Notes: generated by a model not told the origin, from the letters alone. A stretch of 64,000 bases of DNA from an uncultured bacterium (GCA_963734015.1 CAVTFG010000011.1:17842-81841), one strand, 5' to 3'; shown: positions 36,357 to 45,464, numbered from the stretch's first letter. A program made the numbers and translations.

Positions 36357-37264
36357 GCATCCTTCTCAGCGAGGACTTCACCTTCATCGTCCAGGGGATC
36401 ACCGGGCGCGAGGCCGTGAACCTGACTCGCGAGTGCCTCGACTACGGCTCGAAGGTGGTCGGCGGCGTGACGCCGGGGCGCAAGGGCCGGGAGGTGCACG
36501 GCGTGCCCGTGTTCGACACGGTCGAGCAGGCGGTGGAGAACCACGGCGCGCCGATCGACGGCGCGGTCGTGACCGTACCGCCGGCGTTCACCAAGGACGC
36601 GGTGATGGAGGCGATCGAGAACGGCGTCAGGCTGATCGTGGTCGTCACCGAGCGCATTCCGCGTCGCGACGTTGCCGAGATGGTCGAGCTCGCGAACCTG
36701 CGCGGCGCCCGGATCATCGGCCCCAACTGCCTCGGGCTGATCGCCCCCGGCGTGTGCAAGATGGGCGGCATCGGTGGGCCCGCGAAGGACGCCGCGAAGG
36801 CCTACTCTGCCGGCCCGGTGGGCGTCATGTCGCGCTCCGGCGGGATGACCACAGAGATCTCCTCGTCGCTGACCGCCGCTGGATTGGGCGTCTCGACCGC
36901 GGTGTCGATCGGCGGCGACGCGATCATCGGCTCCACCTACGCCGAGCTGATGCCGTACTTCGAGGAGGACGACCAGACCGAGGCGATCGTGATCTACACC
37001 GAGCCGGGCGGCCGGATGGAGGCCGAGCTGGTCGACTGGCGCACGGAGCACGGCTCGCGGCTGCCGATCGTCGCGTTCATGGCGGGCAAGTTCATGGACG
37101 ACGAGGAGATGCAGGGCATGAGCTTCGGCCACGCTGGCACGATCGTCGAGGGCCCCGACGACTCGGCGACCGAGAAGATCGCGCGTCTCGAGGCGGCAGG
37201 GATCCCGGTCGTCGAGCGCATCGACGAGATTCCGGAGAGGGTCAAGGAGAAGATCAATGCCTGA
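36353..37264 (+). CDS. Succinate-CoA ligase alpha-subunit-like CoA-binding protein with catalytic His
   Basis: Colinear with SucD: VQGITGREA, VGGVTPGRKG, IGPNCLG, MSRSGGMT, SIGGD and phospho-His loop SFGHAGTIV. GTGA overlap with the beta gene. Confidence 0.8.
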   Translation: MSILLSEDFTFIVQGITGREAVNLTRECLDYGSKVVGGVTPGRKGREVHGVPVFDTVEQAVENHGAPIDGAVVTVPPAFTKDAVMEAIENGVRLIVVVTERIPRRDVAEMVELANLRGARIIGPNCLGLIAPGVCKMGGIGGPAKDAAKAYSAGPVGVMSRSGGMTTEISSSLTAAGLGVSTAVSIGGDAIIGSTYAELMPYFEEDDQTEAIVIYTEPGGRMEAELVDWRTEHGSRLPIVAFMAGKFMDDEEMQGMSFGHAGTIVEGPDDSATEKIARLEAAGIPVVERIDEIPERVKEKINA

Positions 37265-37541
37265 GGGCTCCCCCGCTTCGCGTCCCGGGCCGTCAGGCGC
37301 CGCTCAGCACGGGGTGTTCATCAACGTGACGGTCGACGCCTCCGTCGCGAGCGACTCCGACCTCGCCACGAGGCTCGAGGAGGCCTGCCCCGTCGACATC
37401 TTCACCGCCGCGGACACCGGCGTCCAGGTCGTCGAGGAGAACCTGGACGAGTGCGTGCTCTGCGGCCTCTGTCTGGACGCCGCGCCCGACGGGACGGTCA
37501 CCGTCACCAAGCTCTACGACGGGACGACGCTCGGCCGCTGA
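37257..37541 (+). CDS. FixX-like single-cluster ferredoxin-like protein, overlapping the alpha-subunit gene by 8 nt
   Basis: 94 aa. The Cys layout ACPVDIF...(20 aa)...ECVLCGLC mirrors FixX (ACPAGLY...GCLECGTC) in size and spacing. Confidence 0.55.
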   Translation: MPEGSPASRPGPSGAAQHGVFINVTVDASVASDSDLATRLEEACPVDIFTAADTGVQVVEENLDECVLCGLCLDAAPDGTVTVTKLYDGTTLGR

Positions 37542-37546
37542 TCCGG

Positions 37547-38005
37547 TCAGCACCCCGTGCTGACCGAGCGCTCGAACTCGCCGTTTGCGAACAGGGTCAG
37601 CGCGAGCCGCGGGTAGCAGTTCTGTTCGAAGTACGGATAGCGCAGCCGGAAGTGGAAGCGGGACTCAGCCGAGGCGCGGCGCCTGCTTTGGCGTTCGACG
37701 CCGCCGCTGCGCGAGATGAGCCGCCAGTTCGTCCCCGTTCGAACCCTCGTGTCCCGGCTCACCGAGGTGATCGAGCGCCTTCCGGCGTCTCCGGTCGCGC
37801 ACCAATGGACATCGAGGCGGACCGTCCACTGGTGTACGCCGAGGCTGGTCTTGCGTTCGGCCGCGCGGGCGTCGTAGCAGCGCTCGCCGGCCGCTCCGGC
37901 CACCGGGGCGGCGGCGGACAGGTCCGGTGGGGCGAGAACCGCGACCCCGAGGGCGAAGGTCGCGATGATCAGGGCCAGGGCGGGTTTCGAGGCGGAGTAG
38001 CTCAT
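37547..38005 (-). CDS. Secreted hypothetical protein
   Basis: Signal peptide (MSYSASKPALALIIATFALGVAVLA); four Cys in the mature part. Confidence 0.5.
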   Translation of the reverse strand: MSYSASKPALALIIATFALGVAVLAPPDLSAAAPVAGAAGERCYDARAAERKTSLGVHQWTVRLDVHWCATGDAGRRSITSVSRDTRVRTGTNWRLISRSGGVERQSRRRASAESRFHFRLRYPYFEQNCYPRLALTLFANGEFERSVSTGC

Positions 38006-38118
38006 GTGGGCGACCGTACGTGGGCGCAATTGACCCGTGGCGCACCAAATGTGCCGGTCGCGCGCCGGATCTCCTCTACGCTCGACACGCCACTTAGAAC
38101 CGGACCGGTCGGGGAGAC

Positions 38119-39735
38119 ATGAACAACCGGAACCGCTACGTAGCCATGGTGCTGTGCCTGGCGGCCGTCTACTACGGCGCCGCCGAACTCGGGCTGAGCC
38201 TGGCGTTCGAGACGCCCAGCGTGAGCGCCGTATGGGCGCCCACCGGGATCGCGCTGGCCGCGTTGGTTCTCTTCGGCCTCAGGTACTGGCCGGGCGTCGC
38301 GCTTGGCGCGCTGCTCGCCAACGCGTGGACCGGGGTTCCACTGCTCGCGGTCCTCGGCATCACGGCCGGCAACACGCTCGAGGCGCTCGTCGGCGCCTAT
38401 CTCCTCTTGCGGCTCACCGATTTCAGGCCGTCGCTCGAACGGGTGACGGACGTGGTGTGGCTGGTCACCCTCGGCGCAGTGCTGAGCACGATGGTGAGCG
38501 CCACGATCGGGACCGGCAGCCTGCTCGCGGCCGGCGAGATCGAAGGGGGCGACTTCGGCTCGGTCTGGCGCACCTGGTGGCTCGGCGACATGGGCGGTGA
38601 CCTCCTGATCGCGCCCGCCCTGATGGTCGCGTTCACCCACTGGCCGTACGCCCGGCTGCCGGGAGGCCTCGTCGAAGCCGTGGCGCTGGCCGCGGGAATC
38701 GCGGCCACGGTGGCCTTCGGCTTCACGCGCGAAGAGCCGCTCACGTTCCTGTTGCTTCCGCTGCCGATCCTCGCGGCCTTCCGGTTCCGCCAGCCGGGTG
38801 CGGTTGGGGCGAGCCTGATCACGGCCTCGATCGCGATCCCGCTGACCGAGGACATGCAGGGCCCTTTCGCCGGGTTCGCGCCCGACGACCGGCTCCTCCT
38901 CGCCCAGCTCTTCGTGGGAATCGTCTGCCTGACGACCCTCGCGCTCGCGGCCGTGATCTCCGAGCGACAGCGCGCCGAGGACTCCATTCGCTATGTCGCC
39001 GACACGCTCCAGGAGAGCCTGTTGCCGGCCTCCCTGCCCGTCATCGCCGGGGTGCAGGCCGCCGTCGAGTTCCGCCCGGTCGGCGAGCGGGGGATCGTCG
39101 GCGGCGATTTCTACGAGTTGATGGAGGGCGAGGACGGGAGCGTCGGCATCGCGATCGGTGACGCCCTGGGGAAGGGGGCGATCGCCGCCGCCGACACCGC
39201 GCTGGCGCGCTACACCCTCCGAGCCGCCGCCATGCACGAGACCGAGCCGAGCAGGATCCTCAGCGTGCTCAACGAGGCGATGCTGCGGCAAACGAGCGAC
39301 CATCCCTGCACGGTGGCCTACGCGCGGCTCGAGCTGAACGCGGACGGCGCCATGCTCACCGTCTCGATCGGAGGCCACCCGAGGCCCCTGATCCTCCGGG
39401 TGAACGGCACCGTGGAACCGATTGGCTATCCGGCGCCACCGCTGGGAGTCCGGCGCGGCCTGAACCTCACGGACCACACCGCGCGGCTCGCGCCCGGCGA
39501 CGCCCTGATCCTCTACACGGACGGCCTCACCGATGCGTTCGCGCCGCACCGCGTCGTCTCGCCGGACGACCTCGCGATCGCGCTCCAGCCGCACGCCGGA
39601 GGCACCGCGACCGAGATCATCGAGGCCGCGAGCCACGCGGCTGTGCCACCCGAGGCGCACAGGAGCCCGCGCGACGACATCCTGCTCCTGGTCCTCCGCC
39701 TGGACGAGCAGGGCCTGCCGGCCCCGGCGATCTGA
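38119..39735 (+). CDS. Membrane sensor PP2C/SpoIIE-family serine phosphatase with MASE1-like N-terminal domain
   Basis: About 280 aa of multi-TM sensor (WAPTGIALAALVLFG, WWLGDMGGDLL), then a PP2C core (GGDFYEL, GDALGKG, LYTDGL). Confidence 0.85.
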   Translation: MNNRNRYVAMVLCLAAVYYGAAELGLSLAFETPSVSAVWAPTGIALAALVLFGLRYWPGVALGALLANAWTGVPLLAVLGITAGNTLEALVGAYLLLRLTDFRPSLERVTDVVWLVTLGAVLSTMVSATIGTGSLLAAGEIEGGDFGSVWRTWWLGDMGGDLLIAPALMVAFTHWPYARLPGGLVEAVALAAGIAATVAFGFTREEPLTFLLLPLPILAAFRFRQPGAVGASLITASIAIPLTEDMQGPFAGFAPDDRLLLAQLFVGIVCLTTLALAAVISERQRAEDSIRYVADTLQESLLPASLPVIAGVQAAVEFRPVGERGIVGGDFYELMEGEDGSVGIAIGDALGKGAIAAADTALARYTLRAAAMHETEPSRILSVLNEAMLRQTSDHPCTVAYARLELNADGAMLTVSIGGHPRPLILRVNGTVEPIGYPAPPLGVRRGLNLTDHTARLAPGDALILYTDGLTDAFAPHRVVSPDDLAIALQPHAGGTATEIIEAASHAAVPPEAHRSPRDDILLLVLRLDEQGLPAPAI

Positions 39736-39739
39736 GGGG

Positions 39740-40066
39740 TTACGGCGTCAGGCGGGGGATGTACGTGCCCTCGTCGTCGGTGAGCTCGATCTCGATCGTG
39801 GCGGTTTCGGCCGCCGCGGCCTGACCGGCACCCGATTCCTCATAGGACACCTCGCATTCGAAGGTGGTGCCGGCCTCGACGTCCACGTCGTCCGGACACG
39901 AGACGTCCATGGCCTGCGCCGTCGTCCCGAGCTCGGGCGCGGCCTGGCCGGCGAGGTCGGACTCGAGATCGTCGATGTCCAGGGACTTCGAGCCGAACAG
40001 CGCGAGCCCGACCAGGACCGCGGCGATCAGCACGGCGATGACCACAACGATGCGCCTCAGGTCCAC
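39740..40066 (-). CDS. DUF4333-like membrane-anchored small protein
   Basis: N-terminal TM anchor, then the VSCPDDVDVEAGTTFECEV pattern typical of DUF4333. GTG start after GGGTGGGA. Confidence 0.6.
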   Translation of the reverse strand: MDLRRIVVVIAVLIAAVLVGLALFGSKSLDIDDLESDLAGQAAPELGTTAQAMDVSCPDDVDVEAGTTFECEVSYEESGAGQAAAAETATIEIELTDDEGTYIPRLTP

Positions 40067-40123
40067 GATCCCACCCGCTCGGTCATTTCGCCGCGAACCT
40101 ACCACTGCCACACTTGCCCGCTC

Positions 40124-41596
40124 ATGAACTTCATCGAGGACGTGCTCGAGCGCTTCCCGGCGTCCAGGCCGGCGCTGGTGGCGATCTCGCGCGAGGGCGA
40201 GCGGAGGGTCTGGCACTTCGGCGAGCTGATCGCGATGAGCGCCGGCGTCTCGGGCGCCCTCGCGGCGCGCGGCGTCGGCCGGGGCGACATCGTCATGACC
40301 CTCGTCGGCAACCGGATCGAATGGGTGCTGACGATGCTCGCGTGCTGGCGGATGGGCGCCGTGGCGCTGCCGTGCAACACACAGCTGCGCAGACACGACC
40401 TGGAGCTGCGGGTCGGCGCGGCGGAGCCGGCGCTTTGCGTCGGCGACGACGAGCTTCTTGGCGAGCTGCCCGGTGGCGTGCCGACGCTTCCACTCGCGGA
40501 GTTCGGGGCGATCCTCGACGAGGACCGCCCGCAGGAGACGCCGGCCTCTCTGGCCGACCTGGATCCCGAGGATCCTGCCCTGGTGGTCTTCACCTCGGGC
40601 ACCACCGGCGAGCCGCGCGGGGCGCTGCATGCGACGCGATATCTGACCGGGCAGCGCGCCCAGGCGGAGAACTGGCTCGGCGCGCGAAAGGGTGAGCTCG
40701 TGTGGTGCACCACCGCGACGGGGTGGTCGAAGTCGGCCCGCAACGTGTTCGTGGCGCCCTGGCTCTGCGGCGCCGCCGCGCTGATCTGCGACGCGCCGTT
40801 CGATCCCTCCCAGCGCCTCGACCTGATCGAGCGGGAGGCGGTCAGCGTGCTCTGCCAGGCGCCGACCGAGTACCGGATGCTCGCCAAGCGCTCCGCGCTA
40901 CGGCCCCTCCCAAAGCTGCGGCGGATGGTGTCCGCGGGCGAGGCGCTGAACCCGGAGGTGATCGAGGCGTTTCGGGAGGCGGTCGGCCTCGACATCCACG
41001 ACGGTTACGGCCAGACGGAGACCGGGCACCTCACGGGCAACCTCGCGGACGAGCCGATCCGTCCCGGTTCGATGGGGCGCCCGCTACCGGGCTTCGAGCT
41101 GCGGGTCGCGGGCGACTCCGACGCGGGCGCCGAGCTTCAGGTCCGCGTCGCTTCCTGCCCGACCTTCTTCAGCCGCTACCTCGACGAGGAGCCGGGCGCG
41201 GTCGCCGACCGGCTGGTGGACGGCGAGTGGTGGCCGACCGGGGACGTGGTGCGGCGGGATCCCGACGGCTTCCTCTGGTACGAGGGTCGCGACGACGACC
41301 TGATCATGTCCTCCGGCTACCGGATCGGGCCGTTCGAAGTGGAGTCGGCGCTCCTCACCCATCCGGCGGTCGCGGAGGCGGCCGCGGTGGGAGAGCCCGA
41401 CCCCGAGCGGGGCGCGGTGGTCCGGGCGATCGTGGTGCTGCGCGACGGACAGGCGGGCGACCAGCTCGCCGCCGAGCTCCGGGACCATGTCAAGGAGATC
41501 ACCGCGCCCTACAAGGCACCGCGGATCGTCGAATTCACGGACGAGCTGCCGAAGACCGCCAGCGGCAAGATCAGGCGCGCCGAGCTGCGCCGCTAG
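40124..41596 (+). CDS. AMP-forming acyl-CoA synthetase (medium-chain/ACSM-like)
   Basis: AMP-binding motifs FTSGTTGEPRG, GYGQTET, TGD and terminal SGKIRR. Confidence 0.9.
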   Translation: MNFIEDVLERFPASRPALVAISREGERRVWHFGELIAMSAGVSGALAARGVGRGDIVMTLVGNRIEWVLTMLACWRMGAVALPCNTQLRRHDLELRVGAAEPALCVGDDELLGELPGGVPTLPLAEFGAILDEDRPQETPASLADLDPEDPALVVFTSGTTGEPRGALHATRYLTGQRAQAENWLGARKGELVWCTTATGWSKSARNVFVAPWLCGAAALICDAPFDPSQRLDLIEREAVSVLCQAPTEYRMLAKRSALRPLPKLRRMVSAGEALNPEVIEAFREAVGLDIHDGYGQTETGHLTGNLADEPIRPGSMGRPLPGFELRVAGDSDAGAELQVRVASCPTFFSRYLDEEPGAVADRLVDGEWWPTGDVVRRDPDGFLWYEGRDDDLIMSSGYRIGPFEVESALLTHPAVAEAAAVGEPDPERGAVVRAIVVLRDGQAGDQLAAELRDHVKEITAPYKAPRIVEFTDELPKTASGKIRRAELRR

Positions 41597-42425
41597 ATAC
41601 CGGTGCCGCCAGGCTAGTCGTCGACCTCGCCTTCGAAGATCGCGAAGAACGCGCCTTGCGGGTCTGGAGGACGGCGAACCGGCCGGCGGGGATCTCGATC
41701 GGGCCGGCGTGCAGCGTGCCGCCGGCGCCCTGGGTGGTTGCAATCGCCTCGTCCAGCGAAGCCACCGTGAAGTACGGCATCCAATGCGGCGGTACGCCCG
41801 CCCCCGACTGCTCGGGCGCCAGCTCGCGCATGCCACCGTTCAGGCCGCCGGCACCGCCCTCATGGCGGATTGACCAATACGGAGGGGCGCCCTGCGTGTC
41901 GAGTGCCTCGACCTTCCAGCCAAACAGGTCGCTGTAGAACGTCGCGGCCGCGTCCGCGTCGTTGGTCGAGAGCTCGTTCATCGTCAGGCAGCCGGGATCG
42001 TTCACCAGGGTGGCGCCGATCGAATCACGCGCCTGCCAGACCCCGAACACGGCGCCGGTCGGATCGGCGATGACGGCCATCCGCCCCTGCGTCATCACGT
42101 CGAACGGTCCCGCGTGGATCGAGCCGCCGAGCTCCTTCGCCCTTGCCGACGTGGCGTCGGCGTCGGCCACCGTGATGTACGAGAACCAGTTGGGGGGTAT
42201 CCCGGCATCGCGCTGATCTTTCATCTGCTCGTACAGCGCGGCAACGGTCTCGCCGTCCAGCCTCAGCATCGTGTAGACGCCACCGCCCGCGTCCGCGGGA
42301 ATCGGGTTGTCCTCGGATTCCCAGCCGAACAGCTTTCCGTAGAACTGCTTCGCGCCATCGGTGTCGGTGGTCGAGAGCTCGATCCAGCTGAACGTGCCCG
42401 GCTCGTAGCTCGTGCGCTTGCCCAT
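41571..42425 (-). pseudogene. Two-domain VOC-family protein with an apparent 1-nt deletion near 41664
   Basis: The conserved C-terminus GRFAVLQ-DPQGAFFAIFEGEVDD* is encoded one frame over and would end at TAG 41614-41616. The in-frame continuation (TRKARSSRSSKARS...) is junk and overlaps the convergent acyl-CoA synthetase stop. Confidence 0.75.
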
Positions 42426-42427
42426 CG

Positions 42428-42820
42428 TCAGCCCTCCTCGCTCCAGAAGTCCTGGACCATCTCGGCGTCGCCCTCGTGGCGCGGGCTGAACACCAGGTAT
42501 TCGAGTCCCTCCGGGCCGGCCTCGAAGATCCGCGTCACGTCCGGGCCGACGCGGATCACGTCGTTTGCCCGGACCTCGAGGATCTCGTCGTCGAGCTTCA
42601 TCCGGCCGGCCCCGGAAAGGATCACGTGCACCTCTTCGGCCTGGCCGTGCTTGTGCGCGAACGGCTGGCGCTGGTCCGGCTTCACCCGCAGGTGTCCCAT
42701 GCCGCTCTGCGCGAGGCCGATCTCCTCCCTTGGGAACCGCGCCTCCTGCAGCTCTCCGATGCCGTGCTTCGCCGCGGAATCCGCCACGTCCTCCAGGTTC
42801 ACCTTGGCGTAGTCGCCCAT
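42428..42820 (-). CDS. Cupin-domain protein
   Basis: 130 aa with cupin motifs HKHGQAEEVHVILSG ... and a strong SD (AGGAGGA). Confidence 0.8.
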   Translation of the reverse strand: MGDYAKVNLEDVADSAAKHGIGELQEARFPREEIGLAQSGMGHLRVKPDQRQPFAHKHGQAEEVHVILSGAGRMKLDDEILEVRANDVIRVGPDVTRIFEAGPEGLEYLVFSPRHEGDAEMVQDFWSEEG

Positions 42821-42837
42821 TGATCCTCCTCTTGCGT

Positions 42838-44937
42838 CTAGAACAGTTTCGCCTGTCCGGCGGAAGCGCGCGGTTGCGATCGCGTGACGCGGCGCCCCGT
42901 GGCCGACGCGGCCGCGTTCGTTCGGTCGACCGGAGCGCTGGGCCGCAGGAATCGCCGCGGCGGGTTCTTCCCGCGCGCCAGCTTCGCGAGGCGGTCCCGC
43001 TCGGCGACCGGCAGGTACGAGCCCCGGCCGTAGAGGCGCTCGTAGCGGTCGAGCAGGTCCGGGCGGTATTGGCGCAGCCAGTCCATGAACAGTCCCTTTA
43101 CCTCGCCGCGCAGGTGCAAACCGATCCCGCCGACGCTCTTCGCTCCCATCTCGCCCGCCACCTCGAGGATGCGCTCGACCTGGCGTGGGTCGTCGTTGAT
43201 CCCCGGCATCAGCGGCGCGACCAGCACCCCGGTCGGGATCCCGGCTCGGTTCAGCTCGCCGACGGCGGCCAGCCGGGTCTTCGGATGCGGCGTGTGCGGC
43301 TCGCTCGCACGCCAGGCTTTCTCCTCGAGCGTCGGCACCGACAGGTTCGCGACGAACTCCGTCCGCGCGGCGATCTGCTTGAAGAGCGGCAGGTCGCGCA
43401 GCAGCAGCGGCGACTTGCTGAGAACCGAGCACGGGTTCGAGAAGTCGCGCATCGCCTCCCAGATGCCGGGCATGAGCTTGTACTTCGACTCGACCCACTG
43501 GTACGGGTCCGTGTTGGTGCCGAGCGCCACGTGGTCGCCCCGCCAGGACCTCTTGCCGAGCTCCGCTCGCACGAGCTCGGGCGCGTTCACCTTGACGACG
43601 ATCTCGCGCTCGAAGTCCTCGGCGGCGTTCAGGTCGAGGTACGTGTGCGTGGGACGGGCGAAGCAGTTGTGACTCACGACTCCGTTGGCGATGAAGTCGC
43701 CGGTCCCGGTCGTGATGTCGTAGAGCGCGTGAGTTTGCAACGGCTCGATCTCGGCTACGTCGAGCCGAGAGTTCGACTTGAGCGCATACCCCAAGATCGA
43801 TCGCTTGCGGACGATGGCCGGATCCGTCACGTGAAAGAACCGGAGCCTTTCCGCGAGCCCACCGCGCAGTCGGACGGTGTGAAGGTTATTGGGACGCCTG
43901 TGATCCTCCAGCACGTGCTCGAAGCCGAGTCGCCGGAAGCAGTCCTGCGTCCACCCGAGAATCTCGTTGTCGGTGTTCGAGATTCTCACGGCGGAACCGT
44001 TAGAGCCTTCCGCATCAAAAACTCCGGCGAGAAACCCCTTGATCCAGTCTTCGGTGGGCTTCATCGGCCAAGCGATCAGGGCTCGGATGGCGTCCACCCG
44101 ACCCCGCGCGGAGGTCCTGATCGCCGAAATCCGACTAGAGCCGGTGGTCGGGTCGGCTTGCTGAAAGACGAACTCGTCGGTCTCGATTCCTTCGGCGGAG
44201 AGAAAGGAGCCGGCGCGCTCCAGCCCGTCACGATCCTTGAGCGCCAACCGGAAGCGGTGGACATCGCCGTTCCGTCGTTCGGGTCTGACGTAGTTGTACG
44301 ACCCTAGGTGGCCGTCTCCGCGAACCATTCCGCAGAGATAGCCGCGTCGGTAATCAGTCGAGTGCGGGGGCGATGCCGAGAACGAGCCCACGCCGAGCAA
44401 CTTGTCGTTCATGGTCAGATGCGGACGCCGCGCGGCACCGCACTGCGTGCCCGTGACGTACTTCCATCCCCGCCGAGTGAGGAAACGATGGTCGCCGCTA
44501 GCGACCAGCTGAGTTCCATCCTCCAGCGTGATGCGGAATGCCGGCTTCGCCGTCTGCCAATGGTTCAGCACCGTCGTGGCGACATACCGTCGATATGTAC
44601 CGACGCGCTCTGTGCCGTAGATCCGGTCCCCTGGTTGGAGCTCAGCCAGCTGTCGATGGGTTCCGTCGGCCATCAGGATCGGCGTCCCACCCTCCATGCA
44701 ATAAACGCAGGCATGAGTGCAGCCCCGATACGGGTTGATCGTCCAGCGGAACGGCATCCGCGAACGCTCCGGGACCCCGTTGATCGCCGAGCGCGCCTGC
44801 ACCTCGTGGAACCGGATGCCAAGCGCCTCGGGCGCATCGAACGTGCGGGTCACCGGCTCACCCAGTCCGGGGAGCAGGCCTTGCGTGCCGGCTCCTGTCT
44901 CGAGGTTGTCCCAACGCACGAACGTATGTTCGCACAT
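42838..44937 (-). CDS. Rv2578c/SplB-like radical SAM protein (COG1533 type) interrupted by an intein
   Basis: The exteins join to ...INPYRGCTHACVY|CFARPTHTYLDL..., the family's CxxxCxxC core. The C-extein carries family-typical blocks (TNTDPYQ, SVLSKSPL, PLMPGINDD). Confidence 0.88.
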   Translation of the reverse strand: MCEHTFVRWDNLETGAGTQGLLPGLGEPVTRTFDAPEALGIRFHEVQARSAINGVPERSRMPFRWTINPYRGCTHACVYCMEGGTPILMADGTHRQLAELQPGDRIYGTERVGTYRRYVATTVLNHWQTAKPAFRITLEDGTQLVASGDHRFLTRRGWKYVTGTQCGAARRPHLTMNDKLLGVGSFSASPPHSTDYRRGYLCGMVRGDGHLGSYNYVRPERRNGDVHRFRLALKDRDGLERAGSFLSAEGIETDEFVFQQADPTTGSSRISAIRTSARGRVDAIRALIAWPMKPTEDWIKGFLAGVFDAEGSNGSAVRISNTDNEILGWTQDCFRRLGFEHVLEDHRRPNNLHTVRLRGGLAERLRFFHVTDPAIVRKRSILGYALKSNSRLDVAEIEPLQTHALYDITTGTGDFIANGVVSHNCFARPTHTYLDLNAAEDFEREIVVKVNAPELVRAELGKRSWRGDHVALGTNTDPYQWVESKYKLMPGIWEAMRDFSNPCSVLSKSPLLLRDLPLFKQIAARTEFVANLSVPTLEEKAWRASEPHTPHPKTRLAAVGELNRAGIPTGVLVAPLMPGINDDPRQVERILEVAGEMGAKSVGGIGLHLRGEVKGLFMDWLRQYRPDLLDRYERLYGRGSYLPVAERDRLAKLARGKNPPRRFLRPSAPVDRTNAAASATGRRVTRSQPRASAGQAKLF
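43666..44700 (-). mobile_element. Full-size intein (345 aa) with LAGLIDADG homing-endonuclease domain
   Basis: Cys1 (CMEGGTPILMADG, block A), block B-like SGDHRFLT, two LAGLIDADG motifs (YLCGMVRGDGHL; FLAGVFDAEGS), C-terminal ANGVVSHN followed by +1 Cys. By eye the GC is lower and more codons end in A/T than in the exteins. Confidence 0.9.
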
Positions 44938-44968
44938 TCTCCGGACACAACCCTCGCTGGTGAAGATA

Positions 44969-44993
44969 GGTAGCTAGCTAAGTAGTTGCTACC
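44969..44993. promoter_or_regulatory. Inverted repeat GGTAGC-N13-GCTACC (contains TAGCTAGCTA and GTAGTTGCT), candidate MarR operator
   Basis: Read directly in the 65-nt divergent region between the radical SAM gene and marR. Confidence 0.45.
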
Positions 44994-45002
44994 CTCGGCT
45001 GC

Positions 45003-45464
45003 GTGACCGCCGCCACCCGCAGCACCGCCCCGGCCGACCTCGAGGCTTTCCGCGAGGCGTGGGACGAGTTCTTCGGGGCGGTTCGCCGAGCGCGCGGCCG
45101 CGCGGCGCGTGAGAGCGCCCCGGGCTCCCTGACCCTGGCGCAGTTCCAGCTTCTGGCGGCGTTCGCCGACGCGCGCGAGCTGAGCGTCGGCGAGCTTGCG
45201 CTGGCCGGCGGCGTCGCGCCCCCCACCGCGACCCGCATGCTCACCGGACTCGAACGCGACGGGATCGTCGAGCGCCGGCCGTCCGAGGTGGACCGGCGGA
45301 GCGTGCGCGTCCGCCTGACGCCGAACGGCCGTCGCGTGTTGCGCGCGAAGCGCAAGCTGGTGGCCGCCAAGCAGCGGGCGATCTTCGAGACCCTGACCAC
45401 CACCGAGCGACGCCAGTCCGAGTCGATCCTCCGCCGCCTGGCCGTGGCGATGGAGGAGTTGTGA
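45003..45464 (+). CDS. MarR-family transcriptional regulator
   Basis: wHTH region LTLAQFQLLAAFADARELSVGELALAGGVAPPTATRMLTGLERDGIVERRPSEVDRRSVRVRLT. Confidence 0.9.
   Translation: MTAATRSTAPADLEAFREAWDEFFGAVRRARGRAARESAPGSLTLAQFQLLAAFADARELSVGELALAGGVAPPTATRMLTGLERDGIVERRPSEVDRRSVRVRLTPNGRRVLRAKRKLVAAKQRAIFETLTTTERRQSESILRRLAVAMEEL

Noticed and set aside
37545-37565. Hairpin GGTCAGCAC-CCC-GTGCTGACC as an intrinsic terminator
   Set aside because: It has no U-run on either strand, and it overlaps the last codons and stop of the minus-strand secreted-protein gene. It may aid termination between convergent genes, but the evidence is too weak to annotate.
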